Source: Octopus sinensis (taxonomy: Eukaryota). From it: a stretch of DNA of 64,000 nt. A program made the position numbers and the translations under genes. The notes below the pieces were generated by a model. That model worked only from the letters and a program-made list of their open reading frames with translations. It made no database searches and was not told the origin of the DNA. Positions within the stretch are counted from its first letter, which is position 1. Every line of letters starts with the position of its first letter. This document shows, in pieces, positions 1 to 10,489 of this stretch. The DNA lies in NCBI RefSeq assembly GCF_006345805.1, contig NC_042998.1, positions 21,204,001-21,268,000 of the forward strand, written 5' to 3'.

Positions 1-237
1 TTGAAAGGAAAGCATTTCCCAAATGATGCAGCCTTGATTTCTGAAGTCACGTCGTGGTTGGAGGACCAAGCTGGGGTCTTCTACAAAAACGTTCTCCAGA
101 GCTGTATCAAACGATGGGAGAAATGCATAACTCTGGGTAGTTCCTATGTAGGAAATGACTAATAACTGTGCCAAGTGTCGTTGCATTACTGCTATGGGAA
201 GTGGGTCAGGGGCATTACTTATTGAACGCCCCTCGTA
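1..237 (+). mobile_element. Mariner transposon 3' end (transposase C-terminus, right TIR, TA target site)
   Basis: Frame 1 reads LKGKHFPNDAALISEVTSWLEDQAGVFYKNVLQSCIKRWEKCITLGSSYVGND* (stop ends 162). TIR-like cattacttattgaacgcccctcg ends 235, followed by TA. Confidence 0.85.
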
Positions 238-670
238 CGTTAAATTATAAATATCGAAGAATGACTGGTAAAATAATGGTTGCTTAAAATCCTGTTTGAT
301 GAAAGGAGTGTTGAAGTACGTTAAGAGGAAATTGCGAATATTTATTATTGAGCAATTTAAAAGCCCAGAAATACACCGTCTTTTTTCTCACCAGGATTAT
401 TTCCTTTTCATTAAGCGTGCACCTAGAAGCAGAAATATTTTAGTACTGTCTCTGTCAATCACTCACTCCCTATATAAATACATACGGAAGTATGTGTATG
501 TATATATATATGCGAATAGTTTTTTTATACGGCGCCGTGTTTTACACTCCTGTAAATAACAATGTTATTTTTATATAAGCTTTAATATTATTGCGATCAC
601 CGTGCAATGACTAAGAAAAATAGTCAAATAAAGAGCATATAAGCCCTCGACAGAAAAAAGAAAGCTTTCC

Positions 671-743
671 TATTCGCGTGGGGGGTCGAACCCACAACCC
701 TTTGTTAACGCGACTAAGTGTGTTACCTTTACACCAGCGAATC
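671..743 (-). other. tRNA-like Pol III unit / tRNA pseudogene
   Basis: Acceptor ATTCGC/GCGAAT, D stem GTGT/ACAC, T stem GTGGG/CCCAC, A box TGGTGTAAAGG, B box GGTTCGACCCC, T6 run 11 nt downstream. Anticodon arm is imperfect (no U33). Confidence 0.5.
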
Positions 744-940
744 AGCCCACGGTTTCTGTCAAATTTAAGAACTATATATTAGTTCTTATTTGATTTTATG
801 TAAACACACTTTCTATATGCTTTCGGTGGGAATAGTTTTTTTATACGGTGCCGTGTTTTACAATCCTGTAAATAATAATAGTGGCATATAAGCCCTCGAC
901 AGAAAAAAGAAGGCTCTCCTATATATATATATATATATAC

Positions 941-1351
941 TCTTTTACTCTTTTTCTTGTTTCAGTCATTTGACTGCGGCCATACTGGAGCACCGCCTTA
1001 AGTCGAGCAAATCGACCCCGGAACTTATTCTTTGTAAGCCCAGTACTTATTCTGTCGGTCTCTTTTGCCGAACCACTAGGTGACGGGGACGTAAACACAC
1101 CAGCATCGGTTGTCAGGCAATGCTAGGGGGACAAACACAGACACACAAACACACACACACACATACATATATATATATACATATATACGACAGGCTTCTT
1201 TCAGTTTCCGTCAACCAAATCCACTCACAAGGCATTGGTCGGCCCGGGGCTATAGCAGAAGACACTTGCCCAAGATTCCACGCAGTGGGACTGAACCCGG
1301 AACCATGTGGTTGGTTAGCAAGCTACTTACCACACAGCCACTCCTGCGCCT
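941..1351 (-). mobile_element. tRNA-derived SINE, family S1 (full length, internal (TA)/(TG) tract)
   Basis: Head aggcgcaggagtggctgtgtggtaag, B box gggttcagtccc, tail ggcggtgctccagcatggccgcagtcaaatgactgaaacaagtaaaagag. About 20 copies in the window. Confidence 0.9.
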
Positions 1352-1425
1352 ATATATATATAATATATATATATATTATATATATATATTATATATATAT
1401 TATATATATATATATCTATATATAA

Positions 1426-1486
<61 letters not shown>

Positions 1487-1487
1487 A

Positions 1488-1594
<107 letters not shown>

Positions 1595-1601
1595 CTATAT
1601 A

Positions 1602-1634
<33 letters not shown>

Positions 1635-2101
1635 TATATATATATATATGTACTCATCTAGAAAAGGAACTTAGACCCCACTACATGTCTAAATTCAAGA
1701 CCTGAACTTTTTGGATCATGCCCATATGTTAAATATTTGCTACGTTTTTGGTTTCCTCAAGACCACAGATAGAACTTGTCTTTTTATATTGTGCGATAGC
1801 ACTTCTTTCATCTCACTGAGGCTTTTCTCAAATTTTCATTCATGGTTTGAGGCATCAGGCGGGCGAGATAGTGTACATATCACTATATCAAGCTGCTTTA
1901 GATATACTATAATTAGTATAGAATATCTAATTATATATCATTTAAAAAAAATATTAATATAGGCTCCATGAAAGCGACTAATCTAAACAAATTTGTTGAG
2001 ATTAGTCACTTTATTTGGAGCCGGTATTACTATTTAAAAAAAGAATATATAATTTACAGTTATTATACATATGTATATTTAAATATATAACCGGTGATTG
2101 T

Positions 2102-2145
2102 CACACGCTGATGACGGGTCGATACTCAGAAATCGAGTCCGTGTG
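2102..2145 (+). ncRNA. Type I hammerhead ribozyme motif
   Basis: CACACG-CTGATGA-cGGGTcgatACTCa-GAAA-TCGAG-TC-CGTGTG: 6-bp stem I, intact core, palindromic TCGA in the stem III position. Confidence 0.7.
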
Positions 2146-2348
2146 TATCATACCAGGTTGAAGACGGGAAGGATGGCTTCCCTTTGCAAATACTGATAGG
2201 GCACAGAAAGTGTGTCAATAGCCATCTGGAGGAGGTGTCCTCCTGGGGCTACAAGCTACAGTAGCATCCACCCTTAAGTATACTTCACGATATATATATA
2301 TATGCTTTCAAGTGCAAATGTTTTTTTATACGGTGCCATTTTACATAT

Positions 2349-2396
<48 letters not shown>

Positions 2397-2602
2397 ATAT
2401 ATATCTATAATTATAAGGATAACAATTTTTTTCGGGAAAAAAAACTTTATCAATGGCCAGCATATCAAAAAATGCCTTTAAAGGTTAAAATTTATACATA
2501 ATTTACAAGATAAGGGCAGAAGAAAAATGGTTATCGACAAAAAATTTTTTTGTTTCGGCATATTTGGCATTAGAATTTTTCTTCTGCCGTTATCTTGTAA
2601 AT

Positions 2603-2657
<55 letters not shown>

Positions 2658-2745
2658 TATATATATATATATATTATATAATAATATAATTTACAAGATA
2701 ACGGCAGAAGAAAAATTCTAATGCCAAATTATATATATATATATA

Positions 2746-3135
2746 TTTTTTTTCTAGTTTTAGCTCAGAGCTGCGGCCATGCTGATGCACCGCCGTTTTG
2801 TGCTACACTGTTATTACGACGAACCTCGTCTAATATGTGGCACTTGGTGAAGAATGGAGTTTGATACAGCTACTCTCATTTGCACCTCTTGCCGTGAGGT
2901 AGGTTCATCTGGGACTCTCGACAGGAAGATGTCCAGCTTTGATTTAAAAACCGCTACATCTACTTTGTGCAAGTTCCTCAGACTCTTTGGGAGAATATTA
3001 AAAAGCTGTGGGCCCTTGAAACCCAGGCTGTTGCAGAAGCTGGTCCTGAAGCGTGATGGCATTGCTGGGATCTTTGGCACTATGCAGTGTCGTCCCGTTC
3101 TAGCATTGGTGTAGCTTACAATGCCAACATTTGGC

Positions 3136-3138
<3 letters not shown>
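2746..3138 (-). mobile_element. CR1-type LINE 3' end with poly-A tail
   Basis: ORF2 C-terminus RTGRHCIVP..NSLGFKGPQLFNILPKSLRN..FKSKLDIFLSRVPDEP, then a short 3' UTR and A-tail. Confidence 0.8.
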
Positions 3139-3193
<55 letters not shown>

Positions 3194-3223
3194 TCAAAAT
3201 AAAAACATCATGCCAAGGATTCA

Positions 3224-3301
3224 GCGGTACATATGTTTCGGGCCTTTATTAGACGGATTTATAACAATGCATAATGTGTGTCTATGGCCTTCTTCAGCCG
3301 C
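3224..3301 (-). ncRNA. Type I hammerhead ribozyme motif
   Basis: GCGG-CTGAAGA-aGGCC..long insert..GGCCc-GAAA-CATATG-TA-CCGC. Stem III position is the perfect palindrome ACATATGT. Confidence 0.7.
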
Positions 3302-3714
3302 GCACAATTACTACCTCAAGGACATGTGTTAGATCAAAAATTCTACTTTGGGGATGCAAATTCTCTCGTGCGGCACCAGCACAAAAATGAAGCGTCCATC
3401 CCGTCCTTCTCTCAATGTAGAATGAGGAAGCTTGGATGTTGGGGTAATATAAATAAATGAATAAATAAATAAATAAATATATATATAAATACACACATAC
3501 GTGAAGGAACCTGGTAATAAGAGTAAATAGGGATAAAGATAGATGGGCGAGAATTAAGGACGAAAGATAAAAAAATATAAAAATATAAATACGAAAGATA
3601 AAAAAGAAAATAGTAATGCAATACGAGAGTATTGCTTTCCAGTAAAGGATAGCTCGTGAGGGTAAAATTATACATAGTTACTTTTATATATATATATATA
3701 ATATATATATATTA

Positions 3715-3760
<46 letters not shown>

Positions 3761-4079
3761 GTATTTTCACATCAATGGACGTGAACGTATCAATGGAGCT
3801 CGCTCCTCAAAAATTCTCACTTAGAAGCCATCTTAATTCTTCTTTACGTTGACTCAGTCACTTGAAGTTGTGGATGCATATCTACACTATGAAATTTTGA
3901 GTAATGCGACCCTGAGTTAATCTCTTATCAACGTGTTGAACTGTATTTTTCCTTGTTTGTTCTACCTGCGTGAAAGCGTGTACATATATTGCATCTATAA
4001 CTTTGTAAATGTCATGTGCGTGTATATATATGTTTGTATGAGTCAATTTTTAGTGCTTTCAAATCCAGAATTAAGAAAT

Positions 4080-4335
4080 GTTGAGCTGACGAGAGAAATG
4101 CTGAGTTTTATTTCGGCTAATCTAGAAACGTTGACGTTCTCAAATGATCTTTGTACTTGTGATATTTTACTGTTTTTACCTCCATATCTTCGTGAGTTGT
4201 CTTTGAGTAAACATTATCTGAGAGAAGTTTTCTTAAAGTAGTGGAAATGGCTAAAAGCTTTTTGGCTGCTATTTCTAGAAAGTTCAGTATGTGGCAAAGT
4301 AATTTATTTTACTAAGCCCTAATTATATAATGTAA
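4080..4335 (-). repeat. Penelope-like-derived fragment (single arm of the foldback family seen at 5.7, 15.4 and 57 kb)
   Basis: Shares gcagccaaaa / ttactaagccct / gtatgYggcaaag blocks with 5694-6020, 15372-15580 and 56951-57181. Minus-strand frame KLLCHILNFLEIAAKKLLAISTTLRK is open for about 60 codons. PLE origin is inferred. Confidence 0.5.
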
Positions 4336-4378
4336 TATTTTGTTTGTATGAGTCTGTATAAACACACACACATACACA

Positions 4379-4421
<43 letters not shown>

Positions 4422-4962
4422 ACAGTGCCAGGAAAAGCTCGCACGTAAATAGAATTAATACCAAAGACCTCATCGCTTTGTATATTAGAACTGAATACTG
4501 TAATGTTTTAGAAATCAAAGCTCACAAGTCTTCAATATTTTACTGAACAGAATAAAAGATATTTACGTAAATTTTAACGTAGAAATATACATCTAACAAA
4601 TATACACTCTTGTTGAAAAACATCTCACACGAGTCTACATCACAAAAAATTAGAAATATATTTAAAGGCAAGCAAGGGCAAAGTATTTCCTTTATCAAAA
4701 AAATAACGACTATAGAGCATTGACATCAGTAGCTATCTTGTTATTTCAAGTGCATGTTCTACTTCTCGAGAACGAAACTTACCATCATGAACGATTGATT
4801 TCATTTATTTCAGTTTATTTTCTCTTTATTTCGGTATGACTAAATCGTCTTTCTAAAGTGAATGAAACTGGTAGCACATTTTGATAAAAATGTAAAAATT
4901 TATTTACTTTTAATCATGATAAATTCCTTAAAACATGATTTTGTTTTTCTGATATAAATTTG

Positions 4963-5094
4963 TAGGCGTGGCTGTGTGGTAAGAAGCTTGCTTCCCAGTC
5001 ACGTGGTCCCACTGGCACCTTGGGCAAGTGTCTCGGTCCGACCAATGCCTTGTGAGTAGATTTGGAAGACGGAAACTGAAAGAAACCTGTCGTG

Positions 5095-5130
<36 letters not shown>

Positions 5131-5275
5131 ATATATATATATTATATATTTATATATATATATATGGCCTGGTCACTTAGCCAGCGGGGTGGCGTCATTC
5201 GAAGGCTAAAACAATGTGAACGCATTGTGACCAGCGATGTGTAACAACATCTGATGGTCTGGTCGGTCACGCGAA
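4963..5275 (+). mobile_element. S1 SINE 5' half joined through (TA)n to a different retroposon 3' segment
   Basis: S1 head 4963-5095; 5165-5275 is a different tail (aaggctaaaacaatgtgaacgcattgtgaccagcgatg). Confidence 0.65.
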
Positions 5276-5308
5276 GAGAAAATATATATATATATATATA
5301 TATATATA

Positions 5309-5685
5309 CACTTGCGTCAGAAATTAATTAGCACCCTTGATTTGCTCTTCACTCAAGGTATGTGCTGTCACCTAGTGGCCATATCTCGAACTATTGCTTT
5401 GTTGCGAGTTCACTGTTGCGCAGAACGATGACGTATATTTGTTTGCAGAGCAGTTTGAGAGTCTACAGCCTTATGATGTTGACATAGCAGTGCAACAAAT
5501 TGGAGTGCGGATGCAGACAAATCTTCCTTTGTTTAATAGATATAGGTAGCGCCTCGCAAGGACCGAAATCACACCATACTAAGTTTTCTCATCGCGTAAG
5601 ACGTTTTGAACAGCTCATAGGTTAATTGATTTAACCTATTTAATGTAGAAATTTGAGAAGTGCTAATTAATTTCTGACGCAAGTG
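5309..5685. mobile_element. Tc1/mariner-type MITE, 377 bp, 26-bp perfect TIRs, TA flanks
   Basis: CACTTGCGTCAGAAATTAATTAGCAC at 5309 and its reverse complement ending 5685; TA on both sides. Confidence 0.88.
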
Positions 5686-5693
5686 TATATATA

Positions 5694-6112
5694 CTTAATA
5701 ATTAGGGTTCAGCAAAGATTTGCTTTACCACATACCGAAGTTTAGAAATAGCAGCCAAAACCTTAGCTATTTCTTCTACTTTAAAAAGGGACTCCCAGAG
5801 AAACCAAGATACTTGAAAACAATCCATACAGGCAGAGGAAAGCAACGAAAATCAATCAATATCTGGTCATCCATGGACGCGCGTGTGTGGATTGTTTTCA
5901 AGTATCTTGGTTTCTCAGGGAGTCTCTTTTTAAAGTAGAAGAAATAGCTAAGGTTTTGGCTGCTATTTCTAAACTTCGGTATGTGGTAAAGCAAATCTTT
6001 GCTGAACCCTAATTATTAAGTATTACTTAAGTTTACCGTGAAATGGTCCTTTTCATGCCGAATTCTACTTGGTGAAATTATTGATTACCTCTTAATTAAT
6101 TAATTTTACCCT
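5694..6112. repeat. Foldback element: ~133-bp inverted arms plus asymmetric tail
   Basis: Arms 5694-5826 / 5888-6020 (2 mismatches seen), tail atggtcctttt..ttttaccc at 6043-6112. Confidence 0.85.
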
Positions 6113-6124
6113 TGTTATTTATAT

Positions 6125-6172
<48 letters not shown>

Positions 6173-6204
6173 GTGTGTGTGTGCAGTGTGTGAGTGTGTG
6201 TGTG

Positions 6205-6390
6205 TGTGTGCCTATGTGTCTTTGTCTGAGTTCGTCCACCCATCATCGCTTGATAACCTGTGTTGGTGTGTTTACGTCCCCGTAACTTAGTGGTTCAGCA
6301 AAAGATACTGATAGAATAAGTATTAGGCTTAAGAAATAAGTCCTAGGGTTGATTTGTTCGACTAAAACCCCTCGAGGCGGTGCTCCAGCA
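6205..6390 (+). mobile_element. S1 SINE 3' half
   Basis: tgtgtttacgtccccgtaacttag..ggcggtgctccagca. Confidence 0.8.
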
Positions 6391-6696
6391 GTGAACTACA
6401 ACGCAGCGTGTGGTTGTCATGGTTACAAGCTGCTAACGGATTATGATATATTCTATGCGGAGCGCTAAACACAATAGTAACAGCATGACAAGATATGGTA
6501 CCTCAGTATCTTGTACGAGGCGCCAGCACGCGCCTATTCTCTGGTTCTGTATCATTTGGTGTAGTGGTTACTGTGAAATATTAGTGTAATCTTCAATACA
6601 AGCATTGCTTCCCCAACCCCTAGACAAACATATAAGCACACCACACACACACGCACACGCATATATCATACACACATGTATATATATATATTTATA

Positions 6697-6737
<41 letters not shown>

Positions 6738-6739
6738 TA

Positions 6740-6817
<78 letters not shown>

Positions 6818-7236
6818 TTGAGGGAATATTATTCCTAACTTAAAGGGAAAAATTCAATTTAGAAATACTAAATCAAATTTCACAAAATATAATATATATG
6901 TAAAAATTAGAAAAAAACCACCTTTTATCAATTCAAAATGAACAATTAATATAATATATATAAGAATTTTTTTGCGTAATAAGATAAAAAAAAACCAAGG
7001 CTGTATAGATATTAGCGCATTTATAGATAGAAGGTCTTACAGCTGTTTCTAGGATATCTCTACAGCCTTGGTTTTTTATCTTATTACGCAAAAAAAATTC
7101 TTACATACACACGCTAACATAGAAGCAACGTTGAACCCTTTATTCGCAATATTACCGAATCTGAAACTTAACTATGGTCTGTCTATAGCATTTATTCAGC
7201 ATTACCGGACACCTATGGGTCTTAATGACACCATTA

Positions 7237-7379
<143 letters not shown>

Positions 7380-7384
7380 CGCTA

Positions 7385-7585
7385 TGATAGATCGTTAGCC
7401 ACTACACACATTTTCTCTCCTTATTTCTCTCTTGTTTTTTTCTGTGTCCCTTCTGTAGAAGAGCGTAGGCTCGAAACGTAAAAGGCTTTTCTATTCCTGA
7501 CGCGTTATACTAATACATCTGTTTGTTTTGTACATCACCTGTTCTTCGTCTTTGTTTTTTTCCTAAACTCTCCATTATATATATT
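7385..7585 (+). mobile_element. Solo terminal-repeat (pLTR) copy related to the 30-36 kb Penelope-like element, with a hammerhead variant at 7448-7485
   Basis: Aligns by eye to the reverse complement of 30150-30360, including gaagagcgtaggctcgaaacgt. Confidence 0.75.
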
Positions 7586-8449
7586 ATATATTATATATTA
7601 TATATATATATATATTGGAGAAAAGAAAAGAAACCGAACGACGCGATGGCGCTCAGTTATACAATAATGTAATAAATAAAATATATGCATACATACATAC
7701 ATACATATATGTACGTACCTACATCTACATGTATATATACATGCATATATATATATATATATATATATGAGTACAGGGCACCACAAATAAACGTAGAACA
7801 CAACGAGAAACGAAAACATAAAAACAACTAGGAAACGGACTGTTTTTAAACAACGAAAAGAGTACAAGACAAACAATACAAGGAATATTCCCCTTCATCA
7901 GCTGTCCCTGGATCGACTCAATGCGTGTTTTGAAGGTAAGGACAGAACACGACCCGTCGATCCAATCCTCCCTGCAGAGGAATTAAATAAAATTCCTTTG
8001 CAGAGGGGTAAAAACAAGGAAAGAAAAAATGTGACAAGAACAGGACGTAAAAGCAATACAAATAAAATACAATTACAAATAAAAATACAAATACAAAAAA
8101 AATACAGTACGCATAAAGAATAAAAACAGGACAAAGAAACCAACATTAAGGGCCGTATATATACATATACAGATAAGCACATATACACATATTTGTGTAT
8201 AAATATATATATGCATAAATATATATAACATACGTGTGTATATGTGTGTGTACTTGTATCTACATGCGTGTATGTCTGTCTGCCTCTGTATTTGTATATA
8301 CACAGACATGCAAGAAGTAAATAGACACCTTTAATTTTCAAAATTTCTGATCTAAGCGTCTTAATATTCTTTTCAGCGGTGTAGAATTTACAATGTAATT
8401 AATTATTCTTTTTCATTCCAGGTAACCATTATATTAAACGTTTGATATA

Positions 8450-8516
8450 ATGTCACCAAAAGAAACCCCCAAAACAACCAAAATAACAACTTCAACAGAA
8501 AGAAAACGAAGCAATG
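8450..8516 (+). CDS. Probable first coding exon of the CD225/dispanin gene (MSPKETPKTTKITTSTERKRSN + G, phase 1)
   Basis: Polypyrimidine acceptor ttctttttcattccAG ends 8421. In-frame TAA at 8435 precedes ATG 8450 (A at -3). Donor G|gtaatg at 8517 is phase 1 and completes a GAG codon with the AG that opens the 44298 exon. The link across 35.8 kb is inferred from phase compatibility only. Confidence 0.5.
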
Positions 8517-8743
8517 GTAATGAAAGGTGGGGGATGTATACATATACATACATACAGACATACACATTTAGGCATATGAACACACATTCATACATACACA
8601 CACACACACACACACGCACACATATACATACATATACGACTGGCTTTTATCTGTTTCCGCCTACCAAGTCCATTCACAGGCTTTGGCCAGCTCACGTCTT
8701 TTAGTCTCTCTGTCTCTCCCTATTTCTCACTTCATTCCCCCAC

Positions 8744-8788
<45 letters not shown>

Positions 8789-8997
8789 CATTTGGCGTTG
8801 TTATTGACGTTGTTGAAAAGCCAGTCACTTTGTACCTACAGCAATGGCCTTTTACTTCCTAAGGCAATAAAAGCTGGAGACAAATTCTTTCTGTACCAAA
8901 AGCAAGGCGTGCGTGGGCACACACACACGCACGCGCACCCCCAACGAAGTTTGTGTGTGTGTGTGTATGTGGATACATGTATATATATATGTATATA

Positions 8998-9064
<67 letters not shown>

Positions 9065-9439
9065 TAGGGAATAAATCCAAACTGCAGGGAAAAATTAGAT
9101 TTAGGATTAAATCCAATTTTATAGTATAAATATATTATATTATATTATATTAAATTAGAGATAAAACCACTATTAGGCAAATCAAACAGTGAAAAACATA
9201 AGCCAATACATAAAATTAATTAAAAAATATAAAAGTTAAGAATTAAAAAATTATTAAAATAATTTAAACTTATAAATTTTAAATATATATATACAAATAT
9301 ATATATATATATGTATGTATATTTTTATATTTATATATTATTTTGTTTTATTAATTAATTAATTTATTTATTTATTTATTTATTTTATTTTATTTATTTT
9401 TTTTATATATAAATATCAAAAGTATTAAAAGTTTAATAA

Positions 9440-10080
9440 AAGATAAAGATATATATATAATTAGGAGAATGAATTATCCTATGTTTATCGTCAGCATGGA
9501 AAATTCGTTTAACCGAAACCTGGGTAGCAAATTCACGCCAGAAACCGGTTGAAGCGACCGTCAAGGGTAGAAACTCCGGGTTCATGTGTAGAAATTTGTG
9601 TGTTGTAATATGAATAAATGAAGAATGGAGTCGAACGAAGATGTTAACAAATTCCTTTACTCTCGACGCATGTTTCGAACAGCATGTTTTCATTCCAAAG
9701 AATAAGGGGTGCATTATGCAATCTTCTCATCAGGAATGAAGGGAGCCTCTCTCGACAACAAGACAAACAATAATTTCGATGATTGCCTCCATGGTAAACA
9801 AAGCGATAATGAGTGTTGTTTAAAAAAAAAACCGTTAGAAGAATTGACGTCAAAAATAGATAGTAGGAAGAGAAGAGATAAAGTAATAATAGGTAGGGAA
9901 CAGTATGTTTGCTGTATGTATGGAAATGTGTGGGTGTGTGCTTGTGTTAATGAGTGCGTGTGTTTGTGTGTGTGTGTATAACTGCATTTGTGTCTGTGTG
10001 TGTGATTGTGTGTGTGAGAGACAGACAGACGTCAAAGATAGATAGTAGGAAGAGAAGGTATAAAGGAATAATAGGTAGGG
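9440..10080 (-). repeat. Unclassified repeat carrying a hammerhead motif (9660-9738); second copy at ~48690-49200
   Basis: Shared blocks gaatggagtcgaacgaagat..aaattcctttact and CTGANGA..GAAA-CATG motif in both copies. Confidence 0.65.
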
Positions 10081-10489
10081 AACAAGTGAAGAGGGAAAGG
10101 TACGTTGATTGAAAGAATGTTCGAAGGCTTAGGAAAGAATTTATCTATAGCAGTGGGGTGGACGTAAAGCTGATTGTTCAAACTACAGTGACTATCGTTA
10201 TCATTTATATGAGTAGAAAGTGTGTTTCTGCCAGTGTTTACATTTGTACGATTTTTCTATGAGTGTGTTTACTAGGGGAACCTTAGCGAAAATAATATAG
10301 AAGAGTTCAGAGTTACAAATGTTACAAAATCTCCTGCCCTTATCAAAAGGAAAGGATACAGACAATATGAACCAATCTAACTTGAAAATTATATTGTTGT
10401 CTTTAAGACGCCAAACTAATTTACTTAGCCCTGTACTATGTCGTTTTTTCCTATCCCTGAATGTTGAATAGTGGTTTGAAATTCTCTTG

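Noticed and set aside
1651-1880. Possible Penelope RT fragment or DNA-transposon end
   Set aside because: Multiple stops, only a VPFLD-like word, and no partner TIR found.
7880-7910. CTGATGA-AGGG motif on the minus strand
   Set aside because: No GAAA follows stem II.
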